A DNA stretch of 64,000 bases from contig NW_026857948.1 of the NCBI RefSeq assembly GCF_026571515.1, forward strand, positions 1-64,000, in the 5' to 3' direction. The stretch comes from Ruditapes philippinarum (lineage: Eukaryota). The notes below the pieces were generated by a model that saw only the letters and a list, made by a program, of their open reading frames with translations, was not told where the DNA came from and did not search any database. Position numbers and translations under genes: made by a program. Of this stretch, positions 54,501 through 64,000 are shown piece after piece (the first letter of the stretch is position 1; the number at the start of each line of letters is the position of its first letter).

Positions 54501-57500
54501 ATTTTCAGAGTCCAAAAATATATCATTTATCAAATGCATGCCATACAACATCAATCATTGTTTTCGTTTCTAGAGTACAAATATGTACGGTGGCATAGGG
54601 GTGACATTATCTTTTGGCCTCGACTTATCTACTTGTGGCCATGACTTATTAGCTTGTGGCCACTAGATATTATCTCATGGCCACGACTTATTTCAACCTT
54701 ACTGTAATATATTAAAGTAAAACAGTTTTGTCTTAATGTCCAAAATGATGATGTGGAATAAACCGCTGATTTATGCGTAGCAGGGGACGTATTGATAATA
54801 TTGGACTGGTAAACTGCTGCAAAACTTATGTTAGACTCGGCTAGAGCCTTCTGTCGAATTGAACTGTTACCTCGGTCCAATAGAAATTAAGTAGTATCTT
54901 ATACTCGAAGCTAAATATATAATTAAACCTCATTTGATCTAAGAGAACTAATGATACATTTATTATATCATACATGGTTCTTTAAATAAATACAGGTCAG
55001 AAGTGGTTAAAATTTAAAGGGTATTGTCATGGTGTATTTCAGGGGCCATATTATGGGGTTCATTTAAAGGTATATTGTAATATTAAAATTAATTGTATTT
55101 CAATAATACAATTATTTCAAGTTTATGGGTTAAAATAATGAAATAAAAAAATATATAATTTTCCTGTCTGAAAATAACACAATTTCGCCTTTACCTACTA
55201 AATTACCCAGGGTTCACTCTGCCAATAAAACCAGTTGTTTTTGGCCATTACCTATTCATTTTATTTAAAAATTGGTTTACAAAAAAACAATTTAAGGGAT
55301 TTTAGTGCACAAAAATTTGCCCCGATTTATTGTGTTTTAATAACACTTTGCTTTTAAAAAAAAAATTTTGAGCAACCCTTTCATTAAAACCCCGTTTTTG
55401 GGTGGGGTGGAAACCCCCTTATAGGTGGATTCAAAATCCTATGCGTAAACTGATTTTTATCAGATTGTACTATCTATTTGTTTCTTATATTTCAAGTGCT
55501 GGAGTAGGAAGAACCGGAACATATATCGGTCTTGACATTCTTACACAGGAAGGAAAAAGGACCAAATTCTGTTAGGATGTATTCGATTTGTAAAGAATAA
55601 ACATTCCCAAAGAGTCAACATGGTTCAAAACCATCTTTTTAAGTAAAACTTCAAAGGGAATTTTACCAAGCTCCCAAAAGCCTACAGACAATTTTGGTAT
55701 AAGCCCGTTCGAAAGAACGGGCCATGTTATAGTTTTTTCCCCTTTGGCTGGCGGGTGCGGCTTGGCGTCCATTTAATATTGTCTTTGTAAGCACATTCTC
55801 CTACACGCATTGAGGAAATTTTTTTAATGAAAACTTCATTAGTTTAATGTTCACCACCTATAAGGAAACTGTTGCCCACATTAAAAACCAGTCTCTTGGT
55901 CCCAAAAGTTCAAAAGTGCACTTACGGGCGTCGTTGAAAAAACGCTTGTCCTTAAGTGAAAAAGATTTGCAAACACTTTTCAATTTTATATCATTTTTTA
56001 ACAATGTAATGATTCATTCTGGGAGAAAAAACGGATCAGGTGAAACAAATGACTGGAAAAATTTTCGGTTTCCCCGTTATTTGGGCTTTTTGGTACCCCG
56101 TCAAACCAGGGGGCTTTTTGGGTCGAAAAAAGGAGGGGTTCCCCCTTATGTAAAAAGGTGTTTAAATCAGGTTTTCCCCGGGTGTTTGGAAAAGTGTTTC
56201 CTCTTTTTTATAATTTAAAAAAAAATTTAAAAACGTTTTCTGTTTCACAATATTGAAAAACCCACAAATGAACGAAAATCCTTAATTTGATATTTTTTCG
56301 CTTCCCCTTTTCTTTTTCCCTTCACCCAAAATTTTAAAACCCTAGAACAAAAAAGAGCCCAATAAAGGCATCATTTTAAAGTTTCAAGGAGCTAATATTT
56401 TTCTTCCTTTTAAATTAAACAAAAAGTGTTTCTATGTGCATACGATTTTACTCTAACACATTTTCAAAAGAAAGGTCTCCAAACTATGATAAAAACCATA
56501 CATTTGCCGAGTAATGGATAACAAATATTGAATGTAAATTCTATCAAAACTACACGTTGAAGGTATTCAGTTAAAACATCTTTTTATGACATAACGCGAA
56601 TTTCATGAATGCTACAATGAGGTAGGATTAAAAGTGTATGAATCAGATTTGCTGTCTTGGACATATATATAACACTTGAAGATAGGCAAATATCTTTGGT
56701 ATACCAATTAAGTTTTATGTGCATTGTTGCATCAGTTTGCATCAACTTTAAAACAAAACGTAAAAATGTTTGCCTTTTTAAAACGATACTTAGGTTGTCA
56801 TTTCCCCACGAATTTGACTTGAAAAAAACAAATTTCTTTTTTCAATTTATAGCGCCAGTATTCTATATGTGGGGTTAAATACTTTTTAAAATTATGTTTA
56901 AAATTTATTGGCCTGTTACTACAAATCATTGTTTGCTCGTTTTCAAATTGCCATGTTGCTCGGTGTTCTATTTCGTCATTTTTACATACCTGCGTTCCAA
57001 AATAAATATACGTGAATTTTAGTGTAGTTATTTTCTTGTTTTGAAGGTCTAAAAAATCAAATGTCTGTTTTAAAATATTTTGTAGAGCAGTTAACAAGTG
57101 TTTCTACACAAGGCTCTCGTCCCATTTCCTCTCATTCGGGATGTGAAAACATTGAAAGCTGAAGAAATAACAGAGAATCATTTATAAGCAGACGACAAAT
57201 TACAATTCATTTAAAAATATACAAGGTAGTTAACCCGGTTATTCCCAATTCCTTGTATATGGAAATATACACACCTTAAATGTTGTCATTATTTGATGAA
57301 CACTTTGTCCAATCCTTAAACATAAATTATCTATACCACCTTTTTATTTATCTTCATACACATATTTGCCCCAAAATTTACCATTGGTTCAGATTTTATT
57401 TCATACCTTTTAAATTATAAAAAAAGATTTAAAAACCGGGCCCAAAAAATTTTTAATAAACTGAGGGGAAACCCCCGGGGATTCTTTCAAATGTATTTTA

Positions 57501-60500
57501 CCCGGCCCAATAAAGGGGTTTCCCCTTGCTTAAAAAAGGATATTTTTCCCCCAAATATTTCTTTATATTTCCCCTAAAATTTTCCCCCTTTAAATCCTCG
57601 TTTCTCTCCCTTTTTAAAATGACTTAACAGAAACTTTTTTCCCCCAAAAAAGCCCCTGCTATGTACCCCGGCGTGTTTAAAAATTTAATTTAAAATTTAA
57701 TTTTCCCTTTTAATTAAAATTTTGGAAAATTATTTATTTTTTTAAATTTTTTGAAAATTTTTTTTTCCCATTTTCTCATTATATTTTCCCCTTCAGAAAG
57801 CCACAGGTTGTGTTGACAATTGGAAAAAAATCACTGCAGGTTATACACATCTATTAAGAACCGAATATGTATTTTCCTTTTATACTGAAAAATGTATGAT
57901 TTACATACATCGAGTTGCAAAAGCTGCAAGATATTTGCAACAGGCACTGGGAATAAACTCAAAGGCATTATAAAATGCAGATTATAATCACGAATTAAAC
58001 GAAGCAATACAGCAGTTTATCCCCTTCGATAGTATATGCGATATTTATCTTTGTACAGTGCTTCTGTATACCGTTCCAATTTTGACTTTTTTTAATTCTT
58101 TCAATTTTATTTATATAAGTAACTATTTTCAGACTTTGGCACTAGAAGTCGACATGGAGACGACGGATGAAATAAACGCTAGAGAAGAAAACAGAAAAAG
58201 ATTCAGGGACAAAAATAGACGACATTCTAATGTACCATGTCAGTTTCATTTAAGCATATACAATAAAACAAGTATATCTTTTAAAGCTTGATAAGAAATA
58301 TAATTTAGGAAACCCTGTACTAATTGGCATATGAAAATTTTACTAAAAGATAAAAACAATTTTTGGAAAGTTTTTTACAAATTCAAGCAAGTTTTAGGCC
58401 CAAGAGGGGGGATTGAAATATTATGTTTCTGCCCCAGAATATATTATTTTGGTTTCTTAAACTCGTATCTTTTTTTTAATTAAAATAAAAGGTGATAAGC
58501 AGCAGAGTACGCTTGTTTTCTTAGCAAGGAACGGGAAGGCAAGATTGACTATATCAAACCGCTGTCTTTATAAAACGTAAGTTGAAAAAAATTAATAAAG
58601 AGATATGTCGGATAGAAAAAATAAAATAACAATTAAAGGGAAGTAACTTACCATGAAATGAAGATTCATTGACGTTATTTTGATTATTATTAAACTTTTT
58701 CTTTAAATTCTTCACTTGTCTGAGGAAATAAAACACGGTTTTATATTAAATTTATAAATACCTGTTTTCAGTGTCCAAAAACTGTTTTTTCGCTATAAAT
58801 GGTCCCGTAATGAAACAATTGTAAACATAATAATAATTTTCATATGAAAAAAGTTGGTTTTAAAATAATGAAGAGTTTATTTGGTGTTTCTCGGGTCATT
58901 TCCCTTTTTAAAAAAAGAAAAATTTAGAACGCAAAAAAATGAAAAACAAAGGGAAAGGGACAAAAACGGAAATCTTGAAATTTTTTAAAAATTTTTTAAA
59001 GAAAAAAACACTTTTTGGGAAAAATTTAAAAGGGTTTTACAATTATTTTCTGGTTATTACAGAGCTTTTAGGACAAGAATTTTTTTCATTTCTTAAAACC
59101 AAAAAACCACTTCCTAAAACTGTAGAGGACTTTCTCAGCATTTTGGTTTATTCCAGCAGCACACGTGTTGTGTTGTCGCGCTCGAGGATCAGAATGCTCC
59201 CGGCAAAGTCAGTATTAACAATATATTATAACAGATTAAGTTTTGCTGATTTTGTAACAATCAAAACTGTTACTTTCACGTACATGTATAACTAGCTACA
59301 AACTATGGGTTTGCACCCACAATTGATAATATGACAGGAATAAATATTTTCTTCATTCTTTACTTCTGTCTACGCCTCATGAAATTGGAACAGCGTTTTG
59401 TTAAATGCTGTTAAACATCTACATGAAATAGATCAATTATTATATGGAAAGTTGTTGATAATATGCCTCAATGGTGGACCTGTTTTATCTTTATTCAAAT
59501 CCAAAATAAATTAACCGCGAAACAAATGTAAATCGTAATAGAATTAAAAATGATATTCACGTTTTTCAAAAGCATAACATGTGGCTTCATTGACAAAAGT
59601 TCTAAAAGAGACACTCATTTTTTTGAAGTTTATAGAATAACGCACTATAGGGCTAGACATTTCCTGCGTCTCTCCCAATAATGGTTTGGCATTTATTTGC
59701 ATAACGGGAGACGTGAAGTAAAAGTATACCTCTGCCAGAGGTAGTAACCCCATGACAACCAAATATTTACATTATACCTTGATATGTCATTAGCAGTCAT
59801 ATTAAATGTTCATCCAATATATTGATTATTTAAGGGATGGGGTCCCCCGGACAATTAATAAAAAAAAAAAAACAAAACACCACTGAAGAGGGCTTCAAGA
59901 AATCGACTTTGGGTATTTTTTTTCCCCCCACCCCCGCCCCCCACCATGCTCCCCTATTCCTTTCCCACGCACACTTACTCGTCGGCCCTAATGTGAGTCG
60001 TTCTGGATTTCCCTTCTTGCTTCGCTACTGTTTCTCTGCTGAAACGAGACTTTTTCATTTTGGAAATTTTTCTGTAACAAGCTCGAAATATGAAACAAAG
60101 TCACAATATATCTTAAAGCAACTGACAGTCAAAGATAATACGAAGGTAGTACAAAAGAAAATTAAAAAAATAACATTTTTGTTTATGTTTAGTTTTAACG
60201 ATTGTACAAATTGAGTTTTTAGTAATTACAATTTTAGACAGTTGTTGTTGAACACAATATGATCATGAAGATCGGAACTCATTACCTTCACATCGATTGA
60301 ACTTTCTCGTGTTTAGATTAAAAAAAAAACGACTAAGGGATTATACTTAGTTAATCTATTTAGAAATATTCCAATGTTTAAGATCTTATAATGTAATTAA
60401 AAGCCTACTTATGCATCCAGAAAGTTGCTTCATCTCATTGTTTTTCATAAACTGTTTTTTTATTCTTTACAGTTGTCCAAAATTACCATATCATTTTCAT

Positions 60501-62695
60501 ATATACACGAACTATTTTTGCCTCTTTATTTCTGTGCAATTGCATAATTCTGGCGAATTACTTTGTTGGAAGTCACTTCTTATGTTTACATTTTGCGACC
60601 TTTAAATCTAAACTGCCTCATGTATAGCGCTTTCTTTTTTAATTGTTAACCATATAAACTGCACTTATGTCCATTATTAAATCATTACAACAACATTTAC
60701 ATTTCTAAAGAATTACAAACGGTGGAAATTTCTCGGAGTTCATGTGCATTATCGTTATATATTGATACGGCACATTTTAACGTTACTTTTATGGGAATTA
60801 ACGCATATAATTGTAACAGTTTTATAACATTTATATAACCGGCATCTTGCTTTATGACTTGCCGTTGTAATCAAAAAGAGCATAGCGGCAGACAACCGTT
60901 CTTAAATGGGCATATACCATGTCAAACAAATAAAGTACGTTTTACCCTATAGAAAGTTTGACTTTTTATCGTAGAGTTCATAAAACTGTTTTTCTTTAAA
61001 GACCAGAATGTAAATCTTTATTTCATTTCCAATACAAAACTGCAGACTCAGCGCACGAAGAATAGTACCCGACTCAGAGCCATGGATTTGTGCATTTGTG
61101 AAAGAGTTGACAAATGGTTACTAATGACCCAGAAGATATCCCAATATCATATGCACATTAGCTTTATAGAACGTAATATTTTGTTATTCATAAGTATCCG
61201 ATTAGTATGCTCTTTCTCATCGATGATTGGTCAGAAATAAGCAAAGTGATAATGTCTATATTTGTGAATTGTTTCTAGTTGTTTAATAGAAACTGTTGAT
61301 GAATCTTTCTCGAATGCGGATAACATGGTTCCTTTTTGTCACGTGAACACATTTGTAAGTATGTATTTGAATCACCACTTGTCACGTTATTGTCTTGTGA
61401 TTATCTGACGAAGAATTTACAATCCTGACCACACCGATAAGAGAAAATCTTTATCTCTTAACTCAGATCCTCGGTTTTAATGACTTGATCGAAACTAGCA
61501 AAGAATATTCACTGACCAACAAAAATCTTGGTCCGAGACAGATCCCATAGTAACGTTTTATAACCTCCAGTCCGGTTTGGCAAATAATAGGAATAAATAT
61601 AACTTTGTGTGTCAAACTTTTATTGCAAATTCTGTGTTTTACATTCTGTTGATGCTTTTTTTGTTATTCTTTATCATTTGCTAAAATTAATAGAAATAAA
61701 CCTTAGATTGAATTGGATCAAACCTAGTATAATGCTGCTGATGGAAGAAGACAAACTAATTATTTACAGCAATAATGGATTATTTTTTTCCCGCAGATTG
61801 ATAGTATTACTCGACTTATATCAAAATATAGTGTAACCAGCTCTAAATAAGGCTTTAATACCTCCTGTAGTGCTCGTTTTTGGCATATCATCTCCGTATA
61901 CGGCTATTCTTATTAAGAGAAGATAAAAGGCAATAAATTTGTATCAGAATGGCTTTTGAGAGTAGTGGGGTTTGTTTCGTATACAAACTTCTATGAGAAA
62001 CTTGAGAGCTGAACGACCAAGTTAGTTGTAGTTATGTAGTCAGGAAGATCCGTAGACCACCGACCATCAATCCAATTACATCAATTGTTAGTAGTCGACA
62101 AAAAGCATTTTCCACATAATGCATCACTTGTAATTTATCAAAAAGTTTTTCATTCTTATAGTGTCATATTCTTCAAGTGATCAATCCAAAGTCATTTGTA
62201 TATTGATAATCACATGACTCATCTATATTTTGTTTCAGGATCAATTGTCCAACTCCCGTTTTGTTCAAAATCAATTATCTATCTCCCGTTTTGTTCGAAA
62301 ATCAATTATCCACCTACCGTTTTGTTCGAAAATCAATTATCCATCTACCGTTTTGTTCCAAAATCAATTATCCATCTACCGTTTTGTTCGAAAATCAATT
62401 ATCCATCTACCGTTTTGTTTCAAAATCAATTATCCACCTACCGTTTCGTTCCAAAATAATTTATCCACCTACCATTTGTTTCTAAATCAATTATCCAACG
62501 ACTTGTGTTTGCTTTCTGTCCATTAATGGGAACTTTATAACAAAGATGGAAGTGTAATTCTCGTCTAGAATAGATAAATATATCCTACATATACAATCAT
62601 TTTGGTATATTTCAGGAACAATTGAACTTTGTTACAGTGTGTTTCAGCGTATCTGAGATTTACTAACACGTTACTCACAACTTTTTTGCATCTTG
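45453..62695 (+). CDS. Receptor-type protein tyrosine phosphatase with multiple EGF/furin-like Cys-rich ectodomain, TM helix and tandem PTP domains (whole gene span, ~19 coding exons)
   Basis: Manual splicing at GT-AG sites gives consistent phases from 45453 to 54244. PTP motifs appear in canonical order: LNRYNGIYPYDHSRV, FINACYID, GPT..T...FWLMVW, IIVMLTNL, KCEQYWP, FTAWPDKGVP, PIIVHCSAGVGRTG, QRVNMVQ. D2-like motifs follow: KNR, DYI(N)AVFI, PLPKTVEDF, EQ..F(CY). Confidence 0.93.
45677..47344 (+). CDS. RPTP exon: Cys-rich ectodomain (furin-like CxxC repeats then MEGF/laminin-EGF-like repeats)
   Basis: Lies within the 570-aa ORF 45664-47376, with a tttttccag acceptor and G|gtaagt donor. Repeated units such as CPGNCITCSSRTDCGSCKDGYY and CSAGCKSSVCEKDSGNCTDGC...C..GWYGQYC. 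Confidence 0.95.
47720..47831 (+). CDS. RPTP exon: transmembrane helix (DEDKDRQDSLIEPIVGAIVGVLVATAVIVGVFLICRR)
   Basis: ttctaag acceptor, gtattc donor, phase 1 to phase 2. Hydrophobic helix followed by a basic stop-transfer segment. Confidence 0.92.
48089..48183 (+). CDS. RPTP exon: juxtamembrane (RQSNKSQGQRSDLESTQSTREDEKKHTYGNIS)
   Basis: ctag acceptor after a T-rich tract, gtaaca donor, phase 2 to phase 1, open frame. Confidence 0.88.
48706..48986 (+). CDS. RPTP exon: juxtamembrane into the start of D1 (ERPSS...NTYYNIRESPYRIKVDNLLIYV...FDAEFK)
   Basis: ttctag acceptor, gtttgt donor, phase 1 to phase 0. The I.V..L..YV...F..EF pattern precedes RPTP D1. Confidence 0.88.
50474..50567 (+). CDS. 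RPTP exon: D1 pTyr-recognition loop (KLNKDLDLTKHCSVAKDPQNLALNRYNGIYP)
   Basis: tag acceptor, gtaagt donor, NRY motif. Confidence 0.92.
50974..51038 (+). CDS. RPTP exon: D1 (YDHSRVTIQDLPDFFINACYID)
   Basis: ttttag acceptor, gtgagt donor. Equivalent to the DxSRV and DYINA motifs. Confidence 0.92.
51884..51920 (+). CDS. RPTP exon: 37-nt D1 exon (YIAxQG motif), locally frameshifted
   Basis: tttcag acceptor, gtaata donor. Reads GFCKRKNILHSL(G) in frame, while EKEYIA is visible in a shifted frame. Confidence 0.82.
52919..53022 (+). CDS. RPTP exon: D1 (GPTSKTTANFSTFWLMVWYKKTDIIVMLTNLKETS)
   Basis: aag acceptor, gtaagt donor, FWxMVW and IVMLT motifs. Confidence 0.93.
53356..53568. mobile_element. 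Decayed intronic MITE ending in ...gcaggatacgggTTAA
   Basis: Degenerate inverted termini (ttgaacc..taacctgc / gcagga.acgggttaa). The internal segment gcctggtcagattgtgccgatgagcacactggcttagatctttactggccacaa resembles the core of the 5342-5578 MITE. Confidence 0.6.
53592..53717 (+). CDS. RPTP exon: D1 (GMKCEQYWPEEDTEIEYGDITVKCRSVEEFAEYTVRTCTIIK)
   Basis: cag acceptor, gtatag donor, KCxQYWP motif. Confidence 0.94.
54096..54244 (+). CDS. RPTP exon: D1 WPD loop to VHCS
   Basis: tttcag acceptor, gtactg donor; QLHFTAWPDKGVP...GPIIVHC(S). Confidence 0.95.
54607..54693. repeat. Short minisatellite, ~21-bp unit (tgtggccacgacttat...) x4
   Basis: tggcc.(c/t)gactta recurs at ~21-bp spacing. Confidence 0.8.
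54799..54882. mobile_element. Small palindromic MITE remnant
   Basis: Inverted ends tattggac(t)ggtaaac...gttacctcggtccaata. Confidence 0.5.
55497..55637 (+). CDS. RPTP exon: D1 P-loop to Q-loop (SAGVGRTGTYIGLDILTQEG...QRVNMVQ), with indels
   Basis: ttcaag acceptor. AGVGRTG is intact; frameshifts occur in the 3' half and the donor is garbled, so the end is approximate. Confidence 0.85.
55690..55935 (+). mobile_element. Helentron/HINE-like non-autonomous element fragment (intronic)
   Basis: T-rich start, perfect hairpin GCCCGTTC-GAAA-GAACGGGC (55703-55722), a ggcgg-type microsatellite, a core with ctcctacacgcattgag..atgaaa.ctt..aatgttcaccacc, and a closing acgggcgt inverted to the 5' gcccgt. 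Confidence 0.55.
57086..57225 (+). CDS. RPTP exon: end of D1 and linker (approx. EQY.FLHKALV...), with indels
   Basis: tttgtag acceptor, aag|gtagtt donor; TTT CTA CAC AAG GCT CTC GTC reads FLHKALV. Confidence 0.72.
58133..58238 (+). CDS. RPTP exon: start of D2 (TLALEVDMETTDEINAREENRKRFRDKNRRHSNVP)
   Basis: ttttcag acceptor, gtcagt donor, KNR motif. Confidence 0.82.
58492..58576 (+). CDS. RPTP exon: D2 (DK.RVRLFL...DYINAVFIN), with indels
   Basis: aag acceptor and gtaagt donor. The fragments aga gta cgc ttg (RVRL), gac tat atc (DYI) and gct gtc ttt ata (AVFI) are visible. Confidence 0.78.
59063..59207 (+). CDS. RPTP exon: D2 (SF......PLPKTVEDFLS.LVY...), with indels
   Basis: ttacag acceptor, gtcagt donor, PLPxTVEDF motif typical of D2. 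Confidence 0.8.
60015..60145 (+). CDS. RPTP exon: D2 (Y...AE.ETFHFGNFSVTSSKYETKSQYILKQLTVKDNTK); 5' edge garbled
   Basis: FGxFxV and YI.K.L.V pattern at the expected place, aag|gtagta donor. The start is approximate. Confidence 0.65.
61045..61165 (+). CDS. Probable RPTP D2 exon (VP.S...FV.FVK.V....PEDIPI..H), heavily garbled
   Basis: Fragments gtacccgactca, tttgtgaaagagttgac and ccagaagatatcccaata occur in the expected order. Boundaries are uncertain. Confidence 0.4.
62221..62498. repeat. 31-bp minisatellite x ~9 (CCGTTTTGTTCGAAAATCAATTATCCATCTA)
   Basis: Units visible at 62286, 62317, 62348, 62379, 62410, 62441 and 62472; the three overlapping ORFs show a 31-aa (93-nt) periodicity. Confidence 0.95.
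62616..62695 (+). CDS. Probable RPTP terminal exon (EQLNF(CY).CVSAYL..F.NTY.NF), with indels
   Basis: tatttcag acceptor; resembles the EQY.FCY...YL...Y.NF C-terminus of RPTPs. Confidence 0.62.
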
Positions 62696-63009
62696 AGATT
62701 CACGCAATTTTACATTGTTAACTTAATGTTACACACCTCTTGTTTAACTATTTTTCATTCTTAGTTTTGCCAATTTGCTGGCAAACGGAAACCACAACTT
62801 GCTGGTTTACATGATCTCTCGCGTTTTAACCTTCCTACATATTTTTATCATGATACAAGTTTGTTTATTGCTATTTCATTTAATGTTTACATGTTTACTT
62901 CAATTATATTTATTGTTTAAATCTCAGTTATACTCTATGAGAACTTTTATAGAGTTTCCATTGAACATATTGAAGCATCGTCGGTAAACAAGGCTGTATA
63001 TTATCATAT

Positions 63010-63150
63010 ATATTTTGATGTGAAGTATACGGAGTATATCGTATATATATCTGTGGAAGGATATACGGATATAGCAAAAATAATTCGGATTGTCGAATAT
63101 ACCATATACTCTCAATATATTTGATGGTAAAGTATCGGATATATGTTCCG
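63010..63150. repeat. Degenerate short tandem repeat (gatgtgaag.atatacggatat-like) x ~4
   Basis: tatacgga, tataccat and tatcgga recur with a preceding gatg/tgtg motif. Confidence 0.45.
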
Positions 63151-64000
63151 ACGATCATTTCATTTCACAGACGAAACAAAAGGCTATTGTAACAGGATCG
63201 TAGAGTGGTTAATAATAAATGATTGTTTAAACGACTCATAACCTATACATGAGACTTGGTGCATCATTCATGATGAATATCATAATGTGAAGCACATTGA
63301 TAACATGGTTTTATAATATATATGCTTCTTTGCTGTAATACTATTTTTCACTATTCGCAGTTGTTTTATTTTATTTACATTTTTGACTTAAAAAACATTT
63401 AACAGAAAAACACTTTGTACAAGAAAAGAGCTGATTATGTTATAAGAGTATTACATCTTTTGTGAAAGATTTAAAAATTATCCATAGTTTACCCTTAAGG
63501 GAAGATAACCACAATTAAATAAGGCAGAAAAATATATGTACACTCTATAAAACAATTGAGAATAAATATCAAAAGTCTTCATTCCTTGATGTGTAGAGAA
63601 ATGCTTAGAAATGAGACTCTTGTAATAATTTATAATTGTTGTATTGTTCGTTAGTGTTTTTTGTTTGTTGTTGTTTTTTGTTTTTTAATTTTATTTTTAA
63701 CATTGTTGCTTACATCATACGACATCTAGATTTACGTTTCCGACAAGGCAAAAATGGACATTTTATATTTGACTAAATTTGTAGGTTGTATATGTCACAA
63801 AGGTAAAATCACAATAACATGTAGACATGAATACATATATATTAAATTCTTTTATGCTAAACTCAATAACCTTTTTAGACTCAGATGGTAATCTGTTTAC
63901 CTTTAATGTTTTTGTTTTTCATTGGCGTTGGATTATTCTCTATCATGCTTGTGTGTGCGAGACAATGTATATTTTATAAATAAAACATGGCCGTTGAGTA

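Noticed and set aside
55847-56218. 123-aa ORF inside an RPTP intron
   Set aside because: Overlaps a repeat fragment and homopolymer-rich noisy sequence; no domain signal.
59915-59975. C-rich tract / G-quadruplex on the minus strand
   Set aside because: Falls in a zone of inflated homopolymers, so it is probably basecalling noise.
62196-62526. Three repeat-rich ORFs or a CRISPR-like array
   Set aside because: Contiguous 31-bp tandem units with no unique spacers, no cas genes and a eukaryotic intronic context.

Overview
AT-rich eukaryotic genomic DNA. Its repeat content and gene type suggest a bivalve mollusc (inference). The one solid gene is on the + strand (~45453-62695): a multi-exon receptor-type protein tyrosine phosphatase (RPTP). 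It has a short signal-like exon, one 1668-bp exon encoding a ~555-aa Cys-rich ectodomain (furin-like CxxC repeats then MEGF/laminin-EGF-like repeats), a transmembrane exon and juxtamembrane YxN motifs. These are followed by an apparently catalytically intact PTP D1 (NRY, WPD, HCSAGVGRTG, MVQ) and a degenerate D2. Exons up to 54244 splice in consistent phase; later exons carry many indels. The first ~17 kb holds MITEs, an RTE-type LINE 3' fragment, a (GAAT)n microsatellite, diverged local duplications and a ~4-kb pair of inverted repeats. About 17-44 kb and parts of 55-63 kb look like unpolished long-read sequence, which limits what can be read. That region still shows a ~1.2-kb duplication, a degenerate ~20-bp satellite and traces of a possible minus-strand gene with a GPI-like tail. 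There are no rRNA, true tRNA, CRISPR or prokaryotic features. I cannot support a wholly new system; the best candidate of interest is the EGF-ectodomain RPTP.
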